DNA from: Lingula anatina
Lineage: Eukaryota; Animalia; Brachiopoda
Length of the DNA: 64,000 nt
Reading direction: 5' to 3'
Assembly (NCBI GenBank): GCA_051362555.1
Contig: CM120640.1
Location: 64,892,788 to 64,956,787, forward strand
The position numbers were made by a program, and so were the translations under genes. Positions 35,637-49,600 of this stretch are shown piece after piece. Each line of letters opens with the position of its first letter. The first letter of the stretch is position 1. The notes beneath the pieces are model-generated. The model was given only the letters and a program-made list of their open reading frames with translations. It did not search any database and was not told where the DNA came from.

Positions 35637-38600
35637 TATATTGGGATCAGTTTTCAATGAAATAAGAATACAAGGTTTTAAATAAAACTTATAACTTATA
35701 ATTTGACAGCTCATTTCAGTAACTCTTTGCACTAGAACTGCTACCTATAAAACTTAAGCTCCAGTCTGACACGTCTCTATTGTACAACAACTAATTTACA
35801 TTTTTAATCACCATTTAAATCACGACTTCTTTATCTCTCTTTTCTGTCAATAACAGGTGTGCGTATTCACGATGCACTGTACAAAGAATTGCACGTGACA
35901 CGTAACTTTTCATGATGCTCCATCTGAATATAATAAACCTGATTTATCTGCATAATATCTTACATTTTTAATTACCGAATAATGGTTGATTTCTTTATCT
36001 CTCTTAATAAAAGGTTCACTGTTTGCATATATGTAACGTACTGTTCAAAGGATTGCATGTAACATCTAATTAGTTAAGAGGTTACATCTAAATATATTAA
36101 CATTAACTTACAAAATCATTTTATCTCTTTGGGTTGAAGTTCAACCCGTTTAGCAAGTCGGCTTATCGACACCTTCTGATTATTTTTAATTAGTATAGAT
36201 GTAGAAACGTAGTGTAGTTTCGAATCTTTTACAAAAAAAATGCCTCCAATCCACACCTGTGTTGTTGTTTTATAAAGTTTAAATTTACAATACAGCTGCA
36301 AACAAGATTTTATTTCACAAATGCGTGGAATGATATCCGTGACGGACGATATCCTGAATTTCAGAGGACACGGACACTCACTTCTCTACTATCAGCGTGC
36401 CTTGTCCAGTGTTCAAGTGTGCGAGGTGCTTGAATCGACATAGGTATGCTGACAGTAGAATGGCGAGTCCCCAGTGTCTTCTCCAACTCAGGGTTAATGA
36501 GGGAACACCAGGACATTATTTTTCAGCGTCTCTGGGGTCGGGGATCCCTCACTGTCTTGTAAACAGAATTAATACATCTCTTCACGCAATTCTGATTCAT
36601 CTGCTGTAACTTGGACAGAATCATAAATTTAGGCTATACTGTCAGTATTGTCAGCGAAATGCGTATTTTTTCCTAATTGGAGATTTTGCATTTATTTCTT
36701 TGATAATTGATTGGGTAAACCGCTATTTCAGGTCTCGCGAGTTTCAATGGGTTCACTGGCCTCGACGGTTGAAAATGATGTATGCCACTATAATGCGATC
36801 ACCGCTGTCTATGGGATATGACCCTGCCATTTAGTTCCCAGCCCCAAACGATTATACTGGCGCAGTAAGGAAGTACCGCTGAGCGTGCTTCCTGCGTTCA
36901 GTGCACCAAAATACATCCAGCTTGATTGCAAGAAAGTAAGTGGCATCCTCAGGCGAGATTTGTTCGGTCTCACATGGTGCTTCTTAGATTGTCACTTGAT
37001 ACACAGAGGGTTTGATTGCCAATGTAGTTATCATATTTGACATTTTTTCATGGGGTAACGAGGAAAAATCCAGAGAAATAAGAGAGTCGATTTGTTTTTC
37101 TCGTGCGTACACGTTTTTATTTCTTTTTTTTCCTCTTCTGTGAAAGCTTTTTAGAATTATTCACAGTGGTTGATTTCGAATGAATTCTTAATGCAAAGTG
37201 CTCTTTCAAATGAACACAAATCCCTTTGAGGCAGAACGTTACTTTCAGCGGCTTTAATATTTTACTCTTATCTAAAGATTCACCAACTGTGTTATGTTAT
37301 AAAAATAAATGATTTTAAAGTTTGGATAGCCTTATTTCCTGGTGAAGATGCTCTGAGAGACATCGAATTATTGGGGGTCAGTATAATCTGTCAATATAAG
37401 CTGTTGATTGAAGAAAAATTTGAATTTGGCAATATAACCGATTTTTTGGTAAAGTAAGTCCATACATTGTGACAAGTTAAACCACAGATGGGTTACCCAC
37501 CTGGATCCAGACAGATCGACTTAAAAGTGAAGGTATCGATCGGCAAATTTTACACAAGGATGCCATAATATTGCAGAGAGTTGGTTGCTCAGTGATCCGT
37601 ACAGGACCCTATTATAAATTACCTTACCCTTTACAGCAGTCATCCTAGCTCAGTGTATTCCGGTCGGAACCTCATTACATCCACTAATTGAATGACAGGC
37701 CACTCATCATCCAAGTCATCGCCGTGCCAATGGTTTTATTAAAAATAATTCATCGAGGACACTAACAACGGCTAAGGCACTCGCACATTCTTCAACAAGA
37801 CTGTTATCGTCAAAAATTAATCACTAACACACACGCACATACACGCACGCTCATGCATATACGTATAGTAATAACAATTTTACATTTTATTCAGAGTGGT
37901 CACTTACAAAGAGTGATGCCTTCAATACTGTTAATCTTTAAAAATACCATACACATGCGCATACACACACGCGCACACACACAGTATGGAAAAACGTATG
38001 CCCGTTGTACATGTTTTCACTTACCTAGATACCGAGATGTCGGCCCGTGGCTGTGATTCTCCTTTCCTGCAGAATGTGAACAGTGCAGTGTTTTAGTGGG
38101 AATCAATGCAAAAACAAAACTACATATGCCTCACCCTGTGCCGAGAGACGAATTTACACTGATTTATCTCCTTGGCCTGTGTCATCATATTTTATGACAT
38201 TCTCTGTTATTAGACTCTGTTTCTCTAATAGAAGCACATAAGTGACGACTCCTAATTATGTGCAGTAGCCGTGTTAACACCTGCGACGGTTACGCGCGAG
38301 CATTCCTCTAGGTGTACGTTTTAAAGCGTGTATTAGCTGCAGAAAGCGTGTGCAAGTGTTCATGGCCGCGCAGACCATTAATTTAGTTTCTCTTCGAGGC
38401 GAGACAAAATTTATAAGGTGGTTAGCGAACGCGATTGACCTCTATTTTGAGAAAATGGGAATTTTTGCACTTTTTTTTTTTCAAATTAAAATGCAACGGG
38501 CATTAGTTTGGTAGGTGGTATACTCTATCGATTTACCCCCCCCCCCCAAGTTACTTTGCTACTTAAACATCAGACGTGCATGTTCAAATAAAAACAAAAA

Positions 38601-39780
38601 TAAGATTCGTCTACCAACCATGTTTACAGACAGTCACCGCTCGTTAAACCAACTTACCAATATGGCCTGGCTTTGCTATGTCCATATTATACGATGTATG
38701 CCGCCCTTAAAAGCACTTGGAACGTGAAAAGAATTTGATATAACATTTTAAAGAATGTTTCAGTGACATATAATTCCTTACGCAGTCATTTCGTAACCTT
38801 ATCCCATCACTTGCTGTCGAAATTTTGCAGTCAGGTGGTTCAGATACATAAATTTGGCAAAAACAAAGAATTAAACCTAAGCTCACCAGCATGCTGTTGC
38901 GTACAGGTAGCACACGACTAATTGTTCAATATTGCGATACTGCAACGCTTCCCAGCATCATATGAAATACGCAACTCGGTAGGAGTGAATCAAAACTGAT
39001 TTCAGTATGGATTTGTATCACAGCACATAATTTCACATTATATTGACCACATAATGGAAGTGTAATACATGGATGGGATCCGATGGCAAACGAAAAATGC
39101 CGTGGGATCAAGCAGCTTTTACTTACCGTCTGTGAAAATGAATGGTCTATCCTCTTGGTGCTTCTCACGCTGTGTCTCTCCTAGTTCGCCTGCCTCTGTT
39201 TCTTTTACTCTTTACATTGTAATTATGAACTTAGCATGCATCTCAAATTCAGCAATTTATTCCAGATGTCTAAAAATACACACACTTCCTTAATGGCCTC
39301 TTTAGACAGGCGGACAGTGACCCGTGATGGCTTCAAAAGTGACCGGGCGATATATCTATGTCTTTCACTAATCAAATTTGCCTGGTATCCAAGTTCACTA
39401 TCTTATCACGAACTCTCCCTGGTATCAAGTAATCGCTTGTAAAACACGAACTTATGACACCTAGCACATGATGGGTTTTTAACGCCTGTTTTCTGGAAAT
39501 CAATTTACTTGCATTTAGCCAAAGTATGCAACGGACACGGATTACAAACATAATGGCTTGCAATATCCATGTTGCCTTTTGAAAGCTGTTAATCAAAAGA
39601 GAGATAACAGATTTTAAGTTTTATTCAACAAGAAATTGAAATTAAAATTAAGAGTAGTTATATGGTTTCTGAATCAGACCCAATATTAAATATGGTCATT
39701 TTCTTATATTAGAGTACCTAGTTCCTAAAGTTTAAATATTTTTATAACAGTTGTAGGCTTCATCCATTTTCGTATGTATA

Positions 39781-39783
<3 letters not shown>

Positions 39784-39855
<72 letters not shown>
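39784..39855. repeat. (TA)n microsatellite
   Basis: About 36 uninterrupted AT dinucleotides. Confidence 0.97.
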
Positions 39856-39857
<2 letters not shown>

Positions 39858-42052
39858 AAATCCTAATATTTTCAAACCAACTATTTAAACATCTAATCCT
39901 CCCTTGTTTGCCAGAATCTACCAATCTAAATCAAAGATACATGTAGGTTCGTATTTTGCGGTGTTCCCTAAGCCCCAACCTATCTAAATTGTATACAAAG
40001 ATATATATCGTACTTCTAGATGTGAAATATGTGTTCGTTAAACCACACAGAAACAAACGACGAAGGTTGAATAACATGGCTTACCTGGTGCGTTCACCGA
40101 GTACAGGAGAGGTGTTAACTGAAACCTGTAGCGCGATCCAGATTGCGTGACGTGTTCAGAAATTAGATGTGAACTGAATGGGAATATGATCTTATCGTAA
40201 TTAGCGGTGGTGTTGGCCGGGCAGAGCCCTGAGGAAATCTTAAACGAACATTGTATACTTTCGCCCATATCTGTATGGCTACGGCAACAAAGGTTTTTTT
40301 GATAGAATATAGTCACTATAACATTCCAGCTGATATAAGTAGTAAAGCGGTATATCAGTGATGCTTGTTGTTCGGTTCAAATAACGACAGTTAAATAGTT
40401 CAGATGTCGGTTCATTATTCGATGCCATGTGCGGTTTGACGAGTGATCATTTGTTACAGAAATCGTGCTAATGGTTTATTGAAATAAATGCAAACTTGGT
40501 ACACACAACGGATATTAGCAACGACCACGTTTTCTTGGAACTGACCCGTTATCTATCATCACATCTACAGTATAGCTTCTAGATTGTTTCTTCACCGGTT
40601 TGTTCTGCCTTAATACATACTACTTGAGTGCCAGTGGTGCAATTTATTGTAATAATTATTTTCACTATTTAATTATTTACTTAGAAGACTGCAGCACGTT
40701 TGGCGGGTTAATTTAAGGATAACACAAACTCTTTAGTACTTCTCAGATTTTAATTAATCAAGATTCGCAATCAAAACATTTAGTTCCAGTGAGTTTGTCT
40801 AAAAGGGGTCATCGTTTGAACAGTTCAGAACTCTGCCCGTGCGTCTAGATGGAATTAATTTTCCATGTGATAAACTTTCAATTAGTGTTTTTGCAGCCGT
40901 TATCTCGTCCAGTACACGGTCATGTGCTGATCTATAGGTTATAAAATATCACATTTCCTCTTTGTTCTGCAGCAGCTTTTTTTGCCACGATAATTTCAAA
41001 CGAACGGCTGCAGAGAGACAAAATTGCGAGGATACACCAATTAATCTTTACATATGTTGTAATCTTAGTCCCATAACTGCCACAGTTTGTTAAAAATTAC
41101 TGCTACGGAACCCATTAAAAGCACTTTGAAACATCGCAAGTGGTCGATATATTATATTTCGTACGATGTCATTGGAGGGCGTGAGATCGCACACAAGCTG
41201 TGTGAACGTGTACTTTCTTCATTTATAATTAAATATTTGGGATTCGCTGCCTATAATTTATTTCAAGTTTTATGATACCAGTACATCTCAGACCTGATAT
41301 GTCACTCCTGAAGTCCAAAACAAATTTGCTTTTATGTCGGTTTAATGTCACAAAATGGTGGCCCCTGTCCGAAAATGTCTTTTTGATAATTTTAATTACG
41401 TTAAGGCGACCCTTCGTTAGCCTCCCTGCTGAATCTATGCACAATGGTCAGGATATTCCTCGAATTCCCTAAAAGCATGAACATTGATCTTACCAGTACG
41501 TTTTTATGTGAAATGTTCTGTCCGTACAGCATTTTCAGCATATTTTCAAATTGTACTATGTCTTACATTGTTACAGTGTTTTTAATTGTTCGTTTAATTC
41601 AATGATGAAATAACAAATTGTGCAAACAAGTAAGAAATTACAACACAAGCTATAACTGTTAACTAATTAACATGGTGTTTATTTCATTTTATTGCTCTAA
41701 ATTTAAACAAATGATTCAAACCCAACTGGAAATATGACGTATTTATAATCACAGTCAGATTTTTGTATATTCTACTTTCGCGCTGGCAACAGGTGATATT
41801 TTATTTGCCACGCCCGCTTACCGTCCTTGCAACACTGATAAACCTGAAAAGCTGATAGTACTTTCATGTACATTATTCTTTCCTGCGTAATACTGGAAGA
41901 TGCTAAGAATAGATTTTAAATGGGGACCATCCATTGTGCAATATATGCGGTAAGCGTGTTTAAGCTATTCTTTTATCCCCCTTAACCTTTACCGTCCTTG
42001 AAATATTGATGACCTGTCCGTTTGTGCTTGTGACTTCCAGAGTCACTATAAA

Positions 42053-42298
42053 GGGCTCATTCCCAATGAAAATGTCGTTCTTCGTAGATCGATCCAACTC
42101 CGTGGGGACTCTCTCTGAATGCAACTAGATTAAAAGATTAGCACGCCTCCTCCTGCCGTTGGGTAGAACACAGAAAAGCTGTGATTATACAAGTACGTTG
42201 ATGTGTCAATTTGTTAATCTGATTGCATTCAGTAAGAGCCTCCGGAGTTGAATCGATCTACGTACATGTAGAACGATGCTTACATTGGGAATGAGCCC
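42053..42298. mobile_element. Palindromic MITE, Harbinger-like termini
   Basis: GGGCTCATTCCCAATG ... CATTGGGAATGAGCCC; inner CGTAGATCGATCCAACTCCG / CGGAGTTGAATCGATCTACG. Confidence 0.8.
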
Positions 42299-43322
42299 TA
42301 TGGCTGGTATAACGTTATTCTGTAGCCTGGAACCAATGGCTATAGTGTTATGTTTTTTACCAAAATCTAAAGGGGTGGTTGGCATATATTGGACTCGGCC
42401 CTTTTTATATGCCCTTGAATTTTGGGCAGTTGCACGTAACTGACTCAAATACTGTAGTACAATAGAACTAATTCCAAACGATGTGTATTTGCAAATGGCC
42501 CCACTTGCAATACTACAATGACATATCGTCCAAATGATAACACAGACTTGAACAACTGACTAAGAACTGCTAGACAATTGTTTTAGACCTATAACTTAAT
42601 TCTGTAGCCAGAAGAGCCTCTGTGTGAGAGGCCTATATTGCATCTTCCAAGCGCTACGCTTGTCGTGGTAGGTACTTGTACTAAACTTCCTTTAATTCCA
42701 GCTTAAAATGTCTTATTCGTGTCTAAATTATTCATCCTCCTGATGCTACTGGGAATAGCGCTAATGCTTTAATAATCACAAATAATCCTTACGTTCATCA
42801 CTGACTTATAAAAGCAGAGCAAAGAGCTATTACTAGTACTCTCTGCGTCCTGCATTACATAATAATAAAAAACGCCTGTTTCTAAATAGACAAATCATGT
42901 TACCTGAGCACTTTTATGCAAGATTACATTATATACATATAAATTTACTGTGGCTATCATTCCTTGATACATGCTAGTACTAAAATGCAACTTAGATTAC
43001 TTTTGCCCTCAATATTCAAACTACCACAAATAATTAGGCCTATCATTACATTACCTCTAGACTTCTTTACTTTCATCAATAATGTGTTTTAAAATTTATC
43101 TACATGAAATGGAAACATGACTTAACAAATAATCAGATATCGTAACAGAATTCTGTTCACTCCCACCGAAGAAATTCATGTCTTTGAAGAAGTTAACTAT
43201 AGTATAATGGCCTTTTTTAAGATTACAGTAGCGGATTTATACTCGAAAGCAGTTGTCGTTGCGCCAATGGTTGGTACGAGTGTCTTCACATTTTCTGTCG
43301 TTAATGTGAATACAATGTAATG

Positions 43323-44267
43323 TTAAATTTGTGTTGTGATCGTGGGCTGTGTCTGGTTGTCATGCTCGTAGGCCTTGTTTTGGTACCCCTCTGAGGCGCC
43401 ATTAACTGTTTTTGGGTCGACATTTGAATCTCTTTTCTTTGGGGTTGTCCTGGCGTGGGAATAATACAACATGAAGTTGTTGACAACGATTGGCACCGTC
43501 ATCGCCAGGCAGACCACTCCAAAAAATGCCGAAATTGCACCAATGATGTACCCTAACCCGGATGTGGGCACGAACTCCCCATAGCCCACAGTGGTCAGCG
43601 TGACGATGGACCACCACAAGGTGAGCGGGATACTGGTGAACATACTGTCCTCATTGTTTACATTATCTGCATAAAACATTAATGTTGAACAAATGAGCAT
43701 TGTGATCACAAGTATGATAAGAGTCAAGGTCAGTTCCGCTAGTCCCTCCTTTAGCGAATACAAAATAACCTTCATGCCGGTGTAGGACTTGGCCAGGCGG
43801 AAAATACGAAAGACACGTGCAATTTTGAGAATATTGATGAAACCAAAAACGGTTTCACCAAACATATCCTCTGGGTTAACAATGTTGATCACCAGTTCTG
43901 CATAAAATGGCGCAATGGCTAGGACGTCAATGATGCTTAGAGGGTACGTGAAAAACCGTGCCTTACTTGGACTAAATATGAAACGGATGAAAATATCCAG
44001 TGTAAAAAAGCTTGCACATATGACGTCAATCAAGACCATCGCTGGGTGTAGTAATGCGTAGTCTTTGTTTGCTCGACCAAGTGAGGTTGAGTTAACTCGG
44101 TCCCAGTAATCTGTTATTATTTGCAGAGTCTCATTGTTGGCTACGAAGAAGGAGAGGGTTGTCGTCCATAAATTATCTGCCGGAGTAACTTGAAAATATG
44201 GATGGGAAGCCAGTACGAAGACAATGATAGACAGGACAACGAACATCAGAGACCCAGCAGCATAAGC
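43323..44267 (-). CDS. Shaw/Kv3-family K+ channel paralog B, exon 2
   Basis: ctttcag|GCT TAT GCT...; S4 ILKIARVFRIFRLAK, pore TTVGYGE, S6 LAMTVPIVVNNFMLYYSH; about 486 aa total. Confidence 0.95.
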   Translation of the reverse strand, partial: AYAAGSLMFVVLSIIVFVLASHPYFQVTPADNLWTTTLSFFVANNETLQIITDYWDRVNSTSLGRANKDYALLHPAMVLIDVICASFFTLDIFIRFIFSPSKARFFTYPLSIIDVLAIAPFYAELVINIVNPEDMFGETVFGFINILKIARVFRIFRLAKSYTGMKVILYSLKEGLAELTLTLIILVITMLICSTLMFYADNVNNEDSMFTSIPLTLWWSIVTLTTVGYGEFVPTSGLGYIIGAISAFFGVVCLAMTVPIVVNNFMLYYSHARTTPKKRDSNVDPKTVNGASEGYQNKAYEHDNQTQPTITTQI

Positions 44268-44574
44268 CTGAAAGAAGACAATGGAGTCCCAATAGTACCT
44301 TTAGTTTTTTCTTTAAGAAATGGATGAACTAAAAGGAACAATTTATTTGTCATAAACTGACGCAAAAGTGCTTTGTGTTGGTTCATGGCAAATTAATTCT
44401 TAATTATTAAACAATAATATAATAACAAGAGCTTTTGACTAGAAAAGGACAACCGCTACATGATTTAGGTATTTAGACACTAGGTCCTCATTGTTTTCAT
44501 TATTGTAAAAAATATAAAGTTTTTATATGAAGAAGGTTATTTTCAAATAGCAAATTATACATATGTTAAGTCAC

Positions 44575-45090
44575 CTTTGCGAAACAAGATGCGTCCGGGT
44601 TTTCCAGGTCATTCCAAATTCTACTTCTTGCTTGCTCCCAATTGGAATCAGTTTTCTTCGGTTTCTCGTGAGTCTTGCCTAGAAAGGAATCAAACTTTGC
44701 CAGCATATCTTCCGTTTTCTGATAGCTGGAATAGTTACCCCAACAGCACTCTGCCATTTCGCTGTCATCTATCCCCCAAAACTGTAACTCAGCTTTCACT
44801 GCCGGGGCACAGGCATTCACGGGGATATGCAGTTCCCCTGTACGATAGTAGCTAAGGACTGACGCAAATAAATCCGGATGGCGGTCGAAGAAAAAATCAT
44901 TTTTGTCAGGCCTGTAGAACTTTTTCAGCTCTTCGAAGTTTGGAAGAATTTTTCCCTTTTTACCCTGTAATGTCTTCCATCCAACTTCATGGATGTCCCC
45001 TCCAATGTTGAGGAGTAAAGTCTCTGGTACAGCTTCCGACGCCGTGACCTGCTCTGTGTCCGTCATGGCGTGAATGACGTCTCCATTCAT
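44575..45090 (-). CDS. Shaw/Kv3-family K+ channel paralog B, exon 1 (T1 domain)
   Basis: LLNIGG...FFFDRHP...YYRTGELHIPVNAC...ECCW; ends FAK|gtgact, phase 0. Confidence 0.94.
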
Positions 45091-46360
45091 GCCTGTCCTT
45101 TAAGGTGGTGGAAAGAAAAGGAACATGTCCATCTTGAAATCTTAGAGGCGTCGCCTCTGATACTGGATGACATATATCAGGGACGGAGTGGACCTTCTCG
45201 TGTACTGAAAATATTAAGTACAACATGTTAGATTACTTTAGCAGTGCCCGTCAAAGCACGTCAAAGTTATTTATAGTTTGACGTGATGTATGGTATCAAA
45301 TACGGTGAGCAACGACTTGGCGACTTTTAATATTGAAATTTTATAGGGCCATCGGAGACTTTTTAACAGGAAATCGGAAAATTCTTAACAGAACTTCCAT
45401 AGCAGAAAGAAATACTGTGTGTATATGGCAATGCACATATGGTTGTGCTTGTGTTAGGTGTATCGTTAAATCGTCCTGTTCTTGTCCTTATGCAGCAAGC
45501 AGCGATAGGGTGGGATACTTCCTGCGATGACTCGTTAGTCATGATCATCCTGGATGTCAACAGGATATTACCAAGCTAAGGTATCAACAGAATATTATGC
45601 ACTTATAAAAATAGTTACTGCAAAATATAATAACAAACAGTGTTTTCTGAATTATATCAGATTTTATAAAACCCCTAAAAACAAAATACCGATGTGTATA
45701 TGTATGAGTGCATATTTTTGGGAAGGGGGTTTACCGCGTTTTGGCTCCGCTAAACAATGTTTAAATGCAATTTTACGATAGGGCTCATTCTCGCATATTA
45801 TACACGTACACGATGTCGAGGTATATTAACATGAATTAAATGTTCCTTTTGGCATTACGATTTTAATGGTCCGTACGTGATCATTACTGTTTCCACGACG
45901 GGCGGCTATATCAATACCTCTGTTGTGAAACATAAATTTCCAACCTGGTACTTATGGGTGCAGATTAAAATTAGATAGAGCTAGGGAGTCCAATGTATGA
46001 CCATTGTCTTCCTATGCCTAAGGTACCACTTATATAATTGTCTTATACCGGGGCACAATTTCCAAACTTTGTGATGTGAGATTTCCATTTTAACAATTTT
46101 TTATAAGCTGTTGTACAATTCTCTGTATAAAAAGCCTTCCCACACGAGACCTCTGCGTGTTATGATATGGGGCACTGTAGTTCTGTGATTTCATTTTAAA
46201 GGATAGGCGAGATAACAACAGCCTTTTTTTCTTACTAGAAACAGAGAAAGGTATGGAGTAACAAGACGCAGTTATCCTCCTCCCCCCTCTCTCTCTTTCT
46301 CACCAAACAAAGAACGTTTTATAACGTTATTATAACGTAACGATAACGCACCAAGCACTC

Positions 46361-46652
46361 CCGGTGGCGGATTAAGAGGGGGGGGGGGGCAGGGGTGTCC
46401 TGACCCCCCCCCCCCCCCTTCGGTTACTGAACAATATATCACACCAACATTCCTCTCTTGAAATAAGAATTTTGGCTAGCTAAATCATAGTTCTTAACCG
46501 TGCCAAAGGGCACTGTTTGCTCTCCAAAACACCAAAAATATTTGTGGCCCTTCGGCAGGCCCCGAACCCCACACCAAGGAGGCGACGGTCGGCCTCGCAT
46601 CTGAGGCCTGTTGTTCCGGACACCCCTTCAAATAATCCTGGAACCGCCCCTG
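46361..46652. mobile_element. Small non-autonomous DNA element (hAT-like CAGGGGCGG termini, G/C runs)
   Basis: Left CCGGTGGCGGATTAAGAGGGG, right CCTGGAACCGCCCCTG; degenerate, TSD not clear. Confidence 0.45.
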
Positions 46653-49600
46653 CTCCCTACACCCATCCACCCGCACACAAACACACTATGAGTGGTTTCG
46701 CATGCGTTGGAATCACTTCTTTCGTTTTTTACGTTAAGAACCAGATAAAGCTGTAAAACTTTCAAAAATATATAAGACATATTATCATCATTATTATAAA
46801 TGAATGGAAATGGAAAATGGTACAAGACAGTTACACCTTGCGATGCTAACCTGATTTTCAATACATGACTAAGAAGCGATCGACAATTCCACCTCTTTCT
46901 ATTCTAAAATTCTTTTACACATAGAAAAAATTATATTGATGAAAACAGAGGGATAGGTTTCCTTTAAAAGAATGCACACAATTCCATGCGCCATAGCAGA
47001 GGTCGTGCCACATGCATCTCTACTTCGTATTTTCATGTGGTCTTTGCAAGGCCATCTCATACACTGTTCTAAAGCGCCTTTTTCCTTTGGATTTCTGATA
47101 AAAATATAGTTATTAAGACGATATAAAAGTAACATGTTGTGACCACATGATATTAAATGAGAAGATGAATAAAAAGACCTTGGCGGTTTGTGTTTGGTCG
47201 CTGGATCGTCACACTCAGTACATACAATCAACAGTGTTGATATAATAAAAAATATATCCAAAAGAAATGATATTAATACCTTTAACTTAATCACACACTT
47301 GTCCATCTCAAACTTACTTACTTTGGTCCAGTTATCGTCCAGTGCATAGAGTCGTAGCTGCCGCTCCTCGCCGTGTCCTCTCTTAATGGTGAACGTCACA
47401 TGTATGAAAAAGGGTCATTAAGAAAGTGAACAACTACACCTATGTATAAACTATATGTATATTTATCATGGTCGCTGTATAGTTGTCTGTCTCACGCCGT
47501 CTTTTGGACGCACGTCAACTTGATTCATAGCCGCTCAGGGGATAACTTACGCGTGTTTTTCGTGCCTGTGTCTATCCTCGTTAGGTGTACAAATACAAGC
47601 AATGTCGTCTTCCTTCATATTTGATTACTCATATTTGATTTGATTATTATACAAGTACATACCTAATAGTTATACAGTACAATCACCCTAATGGACAGCG
47701 CGCACCTGTTAGGATGCCTCTCCTCTATTGGGTGTGATCTCAAGGTACAAACAGGTTGATTTTCTTCTCGGTCACAGCAGACAAGAAAACGAATATCAAA
47801 CATTATTTGCTATCATTGCACGCAGATAGGAATTTTGTCTATTATTTGTGAACCGCCGGTGACACGGATATTTAACCAAGGATGCAGTTGACTGTGCTCA
47901 TATGTATGTTTGTAAATATATTTGCTGTTTACATCAGGCAGATCTTACATCAAACTACTACCAAAATCTTATTACACGGACTGCGTGATGATCACATGTA
48001 CAACAGGATTGGACTACATTAAATTGCACGAAGGCTAAAAAGAAATTAGCACCTGTCAAGCGTACTTTTATTCCTTCCCCCCCCCCCCAAAAAAAAAGGG
48101 AAAAGAATAAAAGATATTTTCATATTATAAATACATTGTGGTGTATCAGGAAAATTAGTCTAAATATAATTTTTTATCTATTTATTTCTAATTTTCTATC
48201 AAATATATAATTTCTAAAGTCATAATATTTTATATTGTTACAGTACCAAAGTTATTTTAAAGACTATTCATTAGTGAGGTTATCTTATTAAACGGCCTTG
48301 ATTTACGAAATCTCCGAAAAAACAATATCCGGGGTTGGTTGTTCACTATGTGTGGATGATGGCAAAAAAGTAAAAAGTAAAAGCACTCAACATGCGTCTC
48401 GGTGCGGTTTACATTAGGTGACAATATAACTGGGAATACTTTGGCATGTTTTAGATTGGGTGTAGATGTTCTCGCCTCCCTGAGGAGGATGCAGTGCAAC
48501 TGCCGTATGGGGCGCCGGAAGCTAGCAAAGAACTTTAACCTTTCCAGCCACATCAGGAGTTTGACCCCGGCTTCACCCCTAGATAGCGGAGTGTCTAGCA
48601 GGGGGACAGCAGAGGCTGTTTATGGAGCACTGGTATGTCCCCCGTCCTCCCACTCTGAAATATCTCACCATGACCACAAGGCCAACCATTCGGTCAATGT
48701 TTGTGTAAATGGTGTGAATGTTTGTGATGATTTGGGATGGAAGAGACATAAAAATATTTTCACACGAGGATGACATACAGATAGGGTTCAAGGACACGGG
48801 GTATTGACAAGCCTTTATTTGCGCGACCGTAATATTCTTGTGAAAGAAAAGTCCAACCATAGATCTATTCATTGAGAAAATGCCACAGAAGCGAAACTAA
48901 TCGCATAATACATTATTTATGGTAACAAAGAAATATTTCAGCTACATCATTTCTCGCACTGGTAAACCCGAAGGCCAAAAGAAAAATGAAATGTTTGTCT
49001 CACGTATTTGTAGAAGAAAATATGATAATAATCAAGTTTTGATCTTTTTTAATCTTCACATATAGTTGCGGTATGAATCTTGCGTAATCATACTTTTCCC
49101 AAATCTCTCTAGGACTACCAGAAGACATGCACAACAAAACTATATTACCAAACGTTATGCTACACAACGGCTATATGCCGAAATCATTCAAACGTTAATT
49201 CAAAAGATCATTACCGTGCAAAAATCACGGAAAGACAAATGTGACTTTTTGAGATATTAATTTGATATAAAAGCCTGAATATTTAGATGAACAGTTCGGA
49301 TTTTAAAGTGAAAAAAATGCGAATTATTTCATTACCAGCTTATTTTCATATTAGAAAAAAATTGCCTATGAAAAGTGCTTCCACGATCACATTTTTCACA
49401 GTGTGATACAGGTCACTGAAAGCTACATTCATCTCATTTCTACTTAGTTTACATATAGTTGGCCTGAGTTACACTCGAGTGACGGTGACTTTCCTTTTTC
49501 ATAGCGAAGGCTTTCGGTCAAATAACACTTAATTTATTTTTTTATAAAAGGACGTCTAAAACCAGTATGATGTTGAACTTACTCGTGCTAAAAATACGTG

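Noticed and set aside
46899-47399. 166-aa minus-strand ORF, and the 123-aa ORF at 48402-48773
   Set aside because: Non-ATG starts, no recognisable domain, no convincing splice context.
48480-48680. tRNA-derived SINE or tRNA (B-box-like GGGTCAAACTCC on the minus strand)
   Set aside because: No A-box or cloverleaf can be built; too degenerate to support.
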